Shown: positions 14,037 through 27,598 of the stretch, piece by piece | Position numbering within the stretch: the stretch's first letter is position 1 | Layout of the letters: each line of letters opens with the position of its first letter | Origin: Paramecium tetraurelia | Lineage: Eukaryota | Reading direction: 5' to 3' | Assembly (NCBI GenBank): GCA_000165425.1 | Contig: CT868002.1 | Coordinates: 62,001-126,000, forward strand | Length of the DNA stretch: 64,000 nucleotides | Program-made: the position numbers and the translations under genes | The notes under the pieces: generated by a model | Told to the model about the DNA's origin: nothing | The model's input: only the letters and a program-made list of their open reading frames with translations | Database searches by the model: none

Positions 14037-14127
14037 GTATATCAATTATTTAAATTATAATCTGTTAAACATACTTGATGAGAACAATTCAATTTAAATG
14101 ACTATTAATTATTATAACTAACAATTT

Positions 14128-17008
14128 TCAATGATCCTTGAACATGGGGGATGAAAACAAAGTCTTTTAGTATTATTCTTTTCTTTCGTCTCCTTAATAT
14201 ACATAACGCATTTTAGTTTCTTGTATTTCTTTTTCATCATCATAATCGCTAAGATGTTATTAATCATCACACATATTTATTTAGTGGACTGAGTCTTTGA
14301 TATCCTCACTATCCTACAAATTCATAATGTCCTCTCTGACACAGGTATCAGGAACTTCAAAATTAATTTAATTTAAACTTTATGAATCCTATCTCTTTGT
14401 ATCTGGCGTCTCGGCTGCTACTTTTTAATGGCCCTGCAGTATCTATTGATAAAACCTAAAATTGGGTAATGTAAATAGATAAAATAAATATACTATTGAG
14501 TATTAGATTGGCTATTAGAAATTCTATTAAGGAATGATTTAAACTTCTCACTTCTAGCTGGGGAAATTGCAGTCGTTTCCTTCTTGATCTAAATGTTGGG
14601 TTCTTGGGAGTCCTCGTTTTCGAAAAGAGTTCTGAAAGTACTTTTTTATTTTTGAAATGCTTCCTTTGGTACAGTCTCATTTTGATTATTAGCAAGAGCC
14701 ATAAATTCTTAATCTTGATTGGGGTTTATTCTTTAAACAGATTCTTTAGTTTGCCCAGAAGCAGGACTATGAGGAGCAGATTTTTAAGAATCATGAGACA
14801 TGTTGAGTGATTCCTCCAGTATATCAGCATGAGATCCCTTATAAGATTATAATATCATGATGGCTTATTATTTGGAAGCCTTGTCATCCTCATTACAAAT
14901 GGCTTACTTATTTTTTTCCATTTCCAAGGCATTCATAAATATTTCTTTATTTTCAAATGAAACATAAAGATTGTTGCTGTGAGATTAAAATTAGGGAATC
15001 ATTTTCTAGGTGTCCTTTACATTTTAGTTGATCTCTGTTTTGTCATTGAAGTAGGAGCAGAAGTTTTGTGATTTAGCATCTGAATTCTTCTTTTAGTTGC
15101 TGAAATCAGTTTTGATTCTTTAACTAATTGATTCCTCACTCTTTTTAGGAGGAGTAGGTTGGGTTCTGATGGGTTGAGTAATATTTAATTACTAAATGTT
15201 TGAAATCAAGGGCATCGCAGATTCAACAACCTCAAAACTATGTATACTTTAATACAATACTTCTATGCAATTAAAGATAAGGTGGCTTGAATATCCATAG
15301 ACCCCATCGAGTAGAGTTAAATGTATTGGTGCTGAATCTCCTATTGAAACTCACCAAACTTAGAGAATTTAGCATGATGTTGATTCATAACCTCTCTGAA
15401 TACTGTCATATCCATATTCTCCAACACTCTTTTCCAATTGCTCTCGATCTCTGTTTAGATCTTTTTATTGTCTAGTTAGTTGGTAGTTAATTATTGGATT
15501 AGTTTAGTAATAAAGGATAATGTTTATTATTTTGAATTGGATAATTAGTTCATACTTCTCTGATATATCTCTTCCAAAAACAATGACAACTATTATTTTG
15601 CTTCCTAACACATCTTCATTTATTTGTCATAGTAATTTTGAAGTTTATTCCCTTAGCTTGATAACTAATTAAGTAAGTCTTGTCTATTGTTTTACATTTA
15701 ATATAATAAGGCTAAGAAGACCTTCATTTCCCTTTCTTTGAATTAGATGTCCATAGAAGATGACTACCTTTGAGTTGAATCTAAGGAACTCTATTGAAAG
15801 GAAAAGGTTTAAGAATCAATTGTAGATTGCTTTAGTTATGCGATTTCAGTAAAGAACATGCCTTTGCCAGCCAATTTGACAGCGCATTTAGAACAAAAAA
15901 AGAGATAGTCATTGCCCTCCTCTGTCACATATTTAGCCTTCTTATCTTTATGATAGATACAAAATCTCTGAGATTGTTAAGGAGGCTTTGCAAATGGAGA
16001 TAGAGTTTTAACTCCAAATTGTAAATGCATTCCAATACTATCTCCAATCTATCATTTAATAATAGATAGTACACTTGATGCTTGCTCAGAATTACTAAAA
16101 GCACTTGGCGATCCTAAATTAAGGATATGGGATTGATTTTCTTTGTCAAATTACATTATTTTCATACATTACAATTATTCTTCAACAACAGATTTACTTT
16201 TGCTATGCTCTGTATTTTATGAAGTAGTAGTAAACCTTTTCGGAGTTGGAGTAATTGGGGCAGGTTCAGATCTCTTTTATTCTTGCAGAGATTGTTGATG
16301 ATGGTTTCTAGATCCATAAGAGAGTGAGTTTGTTGAACTATGTCCTTTAAGTTTTTGCTATTAAATCTACTATTAGATGGATAAATAAGGACCGAAATGG
16401 CTATTTTTTTATTTTTAATTGCTTCCATTTCCTTTAGGGGATGATACATCTGTTTCTAATGATGATACATATATTGTACTAAAATGATTTGAAAGTAATT
16501 AAGCTACACTCTCTTTGATATCTAAAGGAGAATGAGATTTAAATGAATGCTTAGTAGTAATCGGTGTGAAAATAAGTTGCTAGTCTTGAGATTATTGCTT
16601 TTTAGATAATAAATGATTCATATCAGAATCTGGCTTAGTATTTTTGAGTAATTATCTTATGGCATCTGAATTTGGAGAGTAATCTCTTTTTTTATTAGGG
16701 TGATTAATGGCTGATAATTTTTCCTAAATAGACTCAATATGTGAATTGCTTTTATTTTAAAGTGACATATTGGATTTATGATTGGACTATTGAGGTTTCT
16801 ATGATGGCTTCGTGCAATAATTTTATTATTATGGTGGTGATTGTCTGTTATCAATTCCTTCATTGTTTTTTCGCTCAAAACAATTGACATGCAATTAAAC
16901 TGGAATGAGTTGCTGAAGCTTATTTTTATCAGGCAACTTGGAAAGTTAGGAAGCTATAAATTGCTAAGTTTGAGATGTCTTAGTTTGATGTGATACTTGC
17001 TAATTCAT
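14128..17008 (-). CDS. Large low-complexity protein with a B-box-like zinc finger and coiled coil
   Basis: Code-6 reading MNQQVSHQ...SPMFKDH* with internal FCIYHKDKKAKY...FFCSKCAVKL. Internal exon structure not fully traced. Confidence 0.7.
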
Positions 17009-17068
17009 TGTTTTAATATATTTTAACAACGATAATTCAAATTCAAATTTAATATAAATAGTTAGGGT

Positions 17069-18145
17069 TCATTTACACTCATCATTAAATTAAAATTAAT
17101 TAACTTCTATATGCTTCTTATTTGAAGACAACTTACCACTACCTATTTCATTTGTTTCTTCAGGTATACAATTGGGATCATCCTATGGAGTTTTGTGTTA
17201 GTCATACTATTTCATTGTTGGCGTAGATTGTGTTTTATTGATATTGTGTAATGAAAATTAAGAACGTAACTTCCTCATTTCCTTTCGCTTTTGAATACTA
17301 GACTCTTATGCACTCATTCCTGCCTCGATTTGCTATTGAATAGATGTTTAATTTTTAATTACCTACGATATTCGTCTTTCCTGCTTTTTAAATTGACTAG
17401 CTATTTCCTTTGCTCTGCCTTCTGTTTAAATTATGATTTATTCTTCAATGACTTAATTTTGAATCTCCTTAATTTTCTCTTCCTTCTCTTATTCTATTAT
17501 ATTTTTTTAATGAGTGTTTTCTTCTTCCTCTTCCTCCCCACTGTGACTGCTCTCTGTATTTTTTATTATTTTACTAAAGCTTTAACTATTGGGATTCTTG
17601 TTAATTGTGGATCCACATTAAAAAAATTTATCTACTACAGGTTCTTAAAAACTAAATGAAAGTATATTATTGTCTGGCTTTTTGGAGGTCTTGGGTTTAT
17701 TCATAAATGAATATGAAGGTTACACAACATTTATTTTTGGCACTTCGATTTTTTTCTTTTCTGGAGGTGTACTCTGTTTCGCTTATTCAGAAGGCTATAA
17801 AATGGATGGGTTAGTAAATATGTTTTTTAACTTTATTTCAAAGTACTCATGGGCTTTGTCTTCGCATTCTTTGTAAAACTCTACCCCTTACTTTTGTTTT
17901 TAAAATGTATTTTTACCATGTACAACTAAATCAAATTTTTAAGAGCTTCGTTATTGGAGTAATTGCTGAGTACTAATACGATGTCGTTATTTAATATCTA
18001 CGAGGCGAAGTCGTCAGGCAGTGCTTTACTTTGCTCATGAAATTATCACGAAATAATACTTGGCACTTTGAATTCACTTTGACTTGTGGTTCGAAACTAC
18101 GATAGGAACAGCAAATGATACCATCTTGGAGAGAAGTTATGACAT
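17069..18145 (-). CDS. Coiled-coil hypothetical protein with an apparent in-frame TGA near the 5' end
   Basis: LPDDFASQILNND...LIQLYM|QGVEFY followed by an E/K/Q-rich coil. TGA at 18046-18048 is in frame after the first intron. Confidence 0.6.
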
Positions 18146-18209
18146 ATGTGAATTTTATATATTTTAATTATTAATATATATTTCTATAAATTATGATTTT
18201 TTAAACATA

Positions 18210-18866
18210 TCATTACACATCAAGCTTGTTTTTATTTTCGAACATTTTTTCATATACCTATTCATCGTTACACAATTTTCTTCTTAGGATGGTCTAAAAG
18301 GATATTACATTATCTTACTGTTTCAATAAATGGATTAAATTTGGAGAAATGAGATCTGCATTAACAAGCATTTCTTGTTTAAATTTCCTCTGCCATCATT
18401 TTAAATACACGATTTAACTTTTTATGAACAGTTGTTTTAAAAAGGTCATGATGCAATCTAACAAATTACAAGAACTTGTAATGTTCTTCATTTGACCAGT
18501 GACCTAAATATTGGATGAAACATCATACCTCTCTATTTTTTCACTTTTTTCTTTGATTCTGGATCAACCTTCAAATTTGTTTGTTCAATTGTATTTTAAG
18601 TCTTCATCCTCTCCAAACTTTAAATATCCACATAATTTTAGATATCACTCACTTAGTGTAGATTGTTGGCCTATGTATTGTGCAAATCTTATTATGGAAG
18701 GCTTTAATATTCGACTTGGTAGGACATAATTTATTGCTACTGGTTGTTCATCTAATACCAATAAGGAAGTTAATTATATTGGTAATATTGCCAATAGTCT
18801 ATTTTAGATTTATGGATGCTTACTATTTTATTGTGCATTCGGATAGTAAGAGTAATATGGATTCAT
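18210..18866 (-). CDS. Single-repeat Myb/SANT-like DNA-binding protein
   Basis: GHWSNEEHYKFLQF...VFKMMAEEIQTRNACQCRSHFSKF after splicing short introns; Q/Y-rich N-terminus. Confidence 0.85.
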
Positions 18867-19019
18867 AATCAATGTTTAAAGAGAAATGTTTTTTCTAAAA
18901 AAACTTAATAATCTAGAATACGTAAAATTAATTAGGATTTATATACAATATTACCGGACAAATCCCCTGAATTTGCCAAAACATTCAAAATATTATATAA
19001 TATTAAAAGAAAATCAAAT

Positions 19020-20701
19020 TCAAGGAATTCTAGCAGTCTGATTCATGTTATTTGTCCTAACAGTAGATGTATTTTTGACTTCATATACAGTTTGGGTAAC
19101 AGTTGGTTGTGTTTGTTGCCTTTTTTTAATCGATTGCAATTCTGCCTCAGCCAGAGCCAATTTTTCTTATACTTCAAAGTATTTCTTATTTTACTCTTCA
19201 AACTTCTTTTTCCATTGATTTGCCTCCTATTTTGAAATATATCATATATATATACATTAACATAATGAGTTACATAAGTCTCCGTTTTTGATTGGGATGA
19301 CTATTAATTTTATAAAATAGTTTCCATTTCTTCATTTTTTTCATTCAGCTCTTTAATTTACTGATCCTTTTCTAAAAATGTTCTTTACACTTTCCTTAAT
19401 TCCAACTCTAATTTAGCAATCTAATCCTTGTATTATTGTGCTTTATTATCTTGATTCAATTGAACTTACAACTGTAATTGATTGTGCTCTTAATATAAAT
19501 TTTCGTAATCTTGACTACTTTACTTTAGTTTGAGTTGCAATTATTCAATTTGTTATTATTATAAATTGATTTTATTCTAAAATTCTGTAGGATTGATAAT
19601 TTTAGTTTTGAGTAATCCATTTTCTCTATTGAGATTATCAATCACTTATCTCAATCTACTCATCTCAGTATTCAATTGAGTTAATCGACTGTCCTTCTCT
19701 AATGATTCGGTTTCAATATCCTAGAATCTTCCCTTCCATCTTTCCATCTCATTATTCTTCTATTCATTCAACACATTAACTCTTTCAACCTCTGTGGTCA
19801 TCAAAGCTAATTTGCTCTGCAATTCCCTAATTTGCTATTCCTTAGTTTTTTGTATCACACTACTTTCTTCATTGAATCCAAAAATCTTAAATTCAAGATC
19901 CTTATATTTCTTTTGCCACTCCAACACCAAATCCTTTTGCATTTTAATTTCATGATTCAAAATGATATTAGTCTCTTGTAGATCTACAATATAAGAATAT
20001 TAATTACCTCTCTTAGTATTGGCTAATTCTTGTTCTACTCCATATTAAAATCTCACCTCCGCTTCAAAATCAGCGTATCTCTTTTTCCAAATATCAATTT
20101 CTTGTTACAACTCAAAAGCAATTTTCATATATTTTTGTATCTCATCTCTCAGTTGATTAATTCTAGTAACATCCTCTCCAATTGATATTTTCTCAGTTGC
20201 TTGAACACTTCTAAGCCTAATGTTCTCCATCTATAAACTATTCAATTGATTTTCTAATTTTTAGATCTGTTCTTAATATGCCTTGTCCAATTCCTCTCTC
20301 TTAATCACTTGAACTGGATGCTCACTAATATGTATCTCTTCGATTGTGGGTCTGACAGGCAATTAGATGGGTTGCACTGAAGTTAATTGTGGTCTAATAT
20401 ATGGCGATTGATTAATGTATGAAGGTATTGGCTTTTAAGGTGAAATCAATTAAGGTTGCAAGATCTGTGGTCTTATGGGAGAAACAAATGAATTCACATT
20501 GTTTGGAGATGTAGTGTATGCCATAGTTTATTGTTCTGGTGAAGCATATGGTTTTGATGGTGATTCATAGGTCTTCATTCCTGTCATTGGAGTTAGATGA
20601 TGCAAATGTTAATCATTGCCTGAGGGCATGTACTATTGTTGTTTCTAATCAGAGTTTCTATAGAGTGTAGGTCGTTGTTCAGTTGTTATGCTATCGTACA
20701 T
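19020..20701 (-). CDS. Coiled-coil protein with Pro-rich N-terminus
   Basis: MYDSITTEQRP...; repeated WK/WQ-containing coiled-coil segments (KLALMTTEVERVN); ends TARIP*. Confidence 0.8.
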
Positions 20702-20762
20702 TAGTATTTTATTTGTTAAATAAATTTTTATTTCTAAAAAATTAAAAGAACTCATATTTATA

Positions 20763-22873
<2,111 letters not shown>

Positions 22874-23014
22874 TTAAATATCTAAAATACTTCTATATAA
22901 ATATATTTTATGAGCGTTCCTGAAATATTTCTAGAATGATCTTTAGATCCAAATGTAAAAGTAGATAATAAATATGTTAGAATTATTGAAAATACAAATT
23001 CTAAAATAAATAAA

Positions 23015-23249
23015 AAATGTATTCCCTAAGGTTTGTCCTGAGGTAACAACATGTGAATAACATGCCATAATACCCTGGGAGTAGGAATTTAGAGATCGAG
23101 CTGAAATGAGGAGTCAAAGCCGGTGAAGACTGTCTCGACTCATGAAAGCTCGTTGCTTTGGGATGGCACATTAACATAAACGAGATATGTACTACGTCTT
23201 GTATTAGGATTGCTCGTATCATAATTGATACTATCATCCCTTCTGGTAT
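23015..23249 (-). ncRNA. U17: U17/snR30-type box H/ACA snoRNA (18S pre-rRNA processing)
   Basis: On the minus strand: 5' hairpin closed by GGGAUG/CAUCCC, H box AAAGCA (23154-23159) and internal hairpin CGAGCU..AGCUCG. The 3' hairpin carries m1 AAAUUCCUA (23082-23090) and m2 AAACCUU (23028-23034), then 7 nt, then ACA (23018-23020) and UUU. The 5' end is approximate. Confidence 0.85.
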
Positions 23250-23292
23250 TCTCATTCTTTTTCTTATAATGTTTTTAAATTGGGAATAATAA

Positions 23293-23304
23293 TTTTATGG
23301 GTTG
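23293..23304 (-). promoter_or_regulatory. Ciliate snRNA-type upstream sequence element (USE), CAACCCATAAAA
   Basis: CCCATAA core about 55 nt upstream of the predicted snoRNA 5' end, with a TATA-like TTATAA between them. Confidence 0.65.
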
Positions 23305-23314
23305 AATTTTATGA

Positions 23315-24324
23315 TCACAATTATAAATTGAACACTTTAATATTCTCATCATCACTACAGGTAGCCAAAAGGTAGTTTTTGGGATTGAAAGCAACACAAT
23401 TAACATCGAATTCAAAGGCATCCTTCTATAAAACAAAGAAATTACGAAGATCTAATCCAAAGCATAATGAGGATATCCAAGTTCATCTATGGCATCCTTT
23501 TTAAATACACTAATTTTGTTATCGGCACTTCCCAATGCAAAATACAATCCATCATATGAGAAGGATCCTGAATAGATGGGTTCCTTGTGAAATCCTTACA
23601 AAGTTTGGATAGGTTTCAGAGTTCCATCTTGAATTGAGAATACTTTTGCAGTGCAATCTGCACTTGTTGTAAGCAATAGTTTATTGAATATATCGATAGA
23701 CCAAATGGTTGATTGGTGTTCAATTTAGAATTGCTTATGATCCCACTCATCATCTTCTCCATAAGTATATCGAATTACGCTATTGTCGTAACTGCCCGAA
23801 TAGAGAGTAGTATCTTTCCACTTGATACATTTCACATCTTCATCATGTGCTTGGAGAACACAATTACAGCTGAATTCAAGATCCTCATGATCCCAAATCC
23901 AGACTGTTTTATCTCTTCCACAAGAAGCTAAATAATTAGAATCTGCACTCCATGCAACTCCCTTTACCTAAATTGCTATTGAACTGTAATACTTCAGACT
24001 CATGTCCTTCAAGTTATTGAATCAATTTGTATTTTGATCCGTCGTACATCCAAACTCCAACCACAGTGTCAAAACCCCCAGAGGCTAGAAATTGGCCGTC
24101 TTTAGAGAAACTCACTGATCTGACTGATTTTGTATGACACTCATCAAGAGTTTACTAACATGAATCATTAATGGACTAATTACAATTAATTTATATTGAT
24201 CATTCATTAATTGCCATAGCTTTATTGTTTTATCTGAACTGCAAGAAGCCAATATCTATCCATTTGGATGCCAAGCTACTTGCCAGACTCTCTCCTTATG
24301 ATCCTTTAATAATTAACAATTCAT
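23315..24324 (-). CDS. CIA1: Cytosolic Fe-S assembly WD40 protein CIA1/CIAO1
   Basis: HKERVWQVAWHPNGQILASCSSDKTIKLW, LEGHESE|VKGVAWS, ASCGRDKTVWIW, HDEDVKCIKW, SGSYDNSV and FDVNCVAFNP. Confidence 0.9.
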
Positions 24325-24394
24325 GTTTATTAAATTTAAGCTTAATTATTATATTATAAATTAGAACAATGTGAATTTCATAAAATTATGAATG

Positions 24395-25377
24395 TCAATG
24401 TTTTTTTGAATAATTTGTTAATAGTGATTGTGCATAATAATATCCCGTAAATTATGCTGCACACCCAACCATATAGTAAATTATGCAACTTTCGACTCCA
24501 CTCCAAAATCCTAATTCTATATTTGTATAATACCTTTGTAACCTTGTGTTTACCAAATGTATTTTACACATTCTGTAACACCACCATCGTAAAATCTTGG
24601 CTTAAACTTTCTGTTTTGTAAAGTTTCTTTTATTTCAACTTACAATTAAGTTTTTACGACATCCATTGGATATGAGGCTAAACAACATGTGAATCCTCCT
24701 AATGCTCCACTTATTAAAGCCCCATAAAATGGTAAATCACCATTTTTACTAAATATATATTTTGAGTATTCGTAAGTTGCAAAGAAAGCTTTTTATTATC
24801 AATCAATTGTACTTGCATTTTGCGGAATATCTCTCAAAATTGTAGCAACTAGACCCTTGAAAACTGAGCCAATGCCATAATTTTTTACCGCATATGCAAA
24901 ACAATGAAATGGAGACTTAAATTGCTTGTGTAAATATTCCTTTTACATTTGCAATACGCATTTTGTCATTTCAGCTGGACATACTACTATTGCATATCCT
25001 ATACCAGCCACTCCTCCTGCAATGAACCCTAACACTTATATATATTAGTTAACATTCTAGAAAGTAAGGTTTCTTTTCTTGGTTATTCGAGGAAATTTAT
25101 CTGAAAACATACTCATATATCCCAAACAATACTGCATTGGATGGAATGTCTGCCAGCAAAGGAGATAACATCCCTTTGTAGTATGCAAAAATCTAAAATA
25201 AACGCAATGTATTACTCCTTCCTTATGGAAAATCTTTATTGCGGATTACACGAATGACCTCTTCTTATCATTCATCTGCATCCTCACCTTCACTGTATCG
25301 AATGGATGTCCGAAGAAACGAAAGGAAAAACCAGCTACAGCACCACAAAATGTATCTTAGAATGATTGCAAACTCAT
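24395..25377 (-). CDS. Mitochondrial carrier (SLC25), carnitine/acylcarnitine or basic amino acid carrier-like
   Basis: Three carrier signatures (GHPFDTVKVRMQ, CPAEMTKCVLQ, YPMDVVKTQLQ) with several short introns. Confidence 0.92.
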
Positions 25378-25465
25378 TTAATTAATGATTAAAATACATC
25401 AATTTATACTTATAATAAAAATCTAATTGCATTTTTAAGTAATAATTATTTATATATTAATTATT

Positions 25466-26239
25466 ATGATTAGCTGTTAATAAAATTATCAAAACAACAA
25501 GTAAAATGAGGATGAAACCATTAATAATAAAATTGACATTATCAATTAGTTATTTAAGCAGATGAATTTAAAAAAAAGGGAGGAAACCAAGGAAACTACC
25601 CATACACGAAATATTACATCTGATTCCATTGAAATACCAATCTACGAAGTTCCAGTTAAACCTTAATAGTTAAATAAAACATCTTCTGAGTTTTAATCTT
25701 ATCTAAAGAGAAAATAATAAGCCAAGACTATTGACAGAGTTTCTGAATTTAACAATTAAGAGAATTAATTAGAAGTAGAAAAAGATGAAGATCTATTAAC
25801 AGAAATTCGTCCATTTTGCGATTAGAACAGAAACACTCTAAGAGAATATTCTTTTAAGCCAAATTGTGTCTTTCAATAACATTAAAGCAATCAAACTTTA
25901 AAACTGAGCACTCTTTAATCACAATAATAGTCATGTAGTTAATTAAGAAATAAGACTGATAATACCATTGATATTAATAGTCATAAAAATTAGTTATGTA
26001 AAAATATGTCACATAGAGATATGAATAAGGCCTAAAAAAACAAATAAATTATAGAATAAGCATATGAAACCTTTGTAGAAAAGAAACCTGCTAGCAAATC
26101 TCCTGGTATTAAATAGCAATAGTAAATAAACCTTTTAAAGAATAATTTTAAGCATAAAATTAATTAACTGCTGTCTTCCACACCAGAAAAAAAAATTAGA
26201 TTGCAAGCAACAATCAAAAAAAATTACTTCATTAATTGA
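25466..26239 (+). CDS. Hypothetical protein (~257 aa)
   Basis: Code-6 ORF MISCQQNYQ...KKNYFIN*; span of 774 nt is consistent with one frame. Confidence 0.65.
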
Positions 26240-26282
26240 TTTATAATATAAAATAATATGATAAAAATATTGAAATTATGAA

Positions 26283-27527
26283 TCAGATTTCACTAAAATC
26301 GATCAATTATTCTGCGTGTAATTTTCCCTTTAATATATTAAACCCCCTATTCAAAGAAGACAAATATCCTGGCCAATATGGTCCTATAGAATTTTTCTAA
26401 TCAAAGATCCCCAACTTTTTATACAAAGCCACAATCAATTCAGAACAAAAAAATGTTCTTTATTACTATAAATATAAATAAAAATTACTCTATTAGTTGA
26501 ATTATTGATCTATTAAACTGAACGATTATTTTACAACACTTGGGTAGGTTAGAGCTAATATTTATTACCCATATTCTCATTCACAAACTCCTAAACAGTT
26601 CTTATAAATTAATGATCCCGATCAATATCTAATCTTCTTATCATTATTTTTTCATACAATTCAAACCATCTATTTTCAATCATATCCTCTAAAGAAATTA
26701 ATAATCTTAATACTCCAGGAACACAATCCCACTCCAAAATATCCAGTTGCTTCTAGCATGTACAATGACCCAGATTGAAATCTTAATAGGATTGCAGCAT
26801 GATCATATTCTGAACCAGTAAGTCCTCTCTAAATTTAACAATTGATTCCTCTTCCTCTAAATAGGAGAATGTCACCAACCTCTCCAACCTAAGAGAAATA
26901 TTCGTAAGTTATTCTGTCGGTCTAAATTTATAGGATTAAATACTCTCCAAAATTTAGGATACTTATTCAAACTCTATAGTATCTTTTTTGCCCCTTCAGA
27001 AGATTTCCAGCATTCGAATACGGTATTAAACCATTTCTGTGTTTCCAAAGTTGTTTTAGCCTTAAATATAAAGTTTTTTCTGGAACCACTAGGTACTAAT
27101 CTACAAATAGATTATATTTTTACACAAATTCGATCAAATTACCATGTTAATCTATGATCCTCTATAGGGAATAAGTCATTATGTTAAAATCAATAATTCC
27201 AAAAGGAGTGTTCTGGTTATTTGGCAAGTAATAAACTAAGCGATTGTCTGAACATACTGCCCATCTCTACTACCATCCTTATATCTGATGTGGACTTTTC
27301 TTAAGAATCATTCCTTCCATATGAGGGAAGTATTTCTGTGAAACGTCCCTACTTGTAATTCTCGTATCTGAGTCTCCGGGTGGGATAGTAGTTTAGTCTA
27401 TCTGAGGAAAATGATTATTGCCAATAAAATATGTTGATTGGAGTCCGTTATGACATACTATGATTGATTGCAACTAATTTTGATTTTGAATCTATCCATT
27501 GTTTTGAGCTAGATTCATTTTATCCAT
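26283..27527 (-). CDS. PH domain plus permuted papain-like (YiiX/YaeF, NlpC/P60 superfamily) protein
   Basis: PH-like EGMILKKSPHQIQGWQQRWAV. Then GDILLFRG, GSEYDHAAIL, LEATG and FFCSELIVALYK (His precedes Cys, i.e. permuted order). Confidence 0.82.
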
Positions 27528-27598
27528 TTTAGAAATACCAAGAGCTGTCTTAAATTATTCCTAATTATCATTTTATTACATTTAAAAAAATATAAAAC

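Noticed and set aside
23097..23152. SECIS- or hammerhead-like hairpin on the plus strand (ATGA..AAA..TGA; CTGA..GAAA)
   Set aside because: Helix spacing is wrong for SECIS, the hammerhead core is incomplete and there is no upstream selenoprotein. It is better explained as the internal hairpin of the minus-strand snoRNA.
23160..23240. Telomerase-RNA-like domain (CAAUCCUAA resembling a CAACCCCAA template, possible pseudoknot)
   Set aside because: It does not template G-rich ciliate telomere repeats and lacks the upstream UGUCA. The H box, m1/m2 and ACA fit U17 instead.
23001..23255. 84-aa ORF from the ORF track
   Set aside because: No recognisable motif, and it coincides with the structured RNA.
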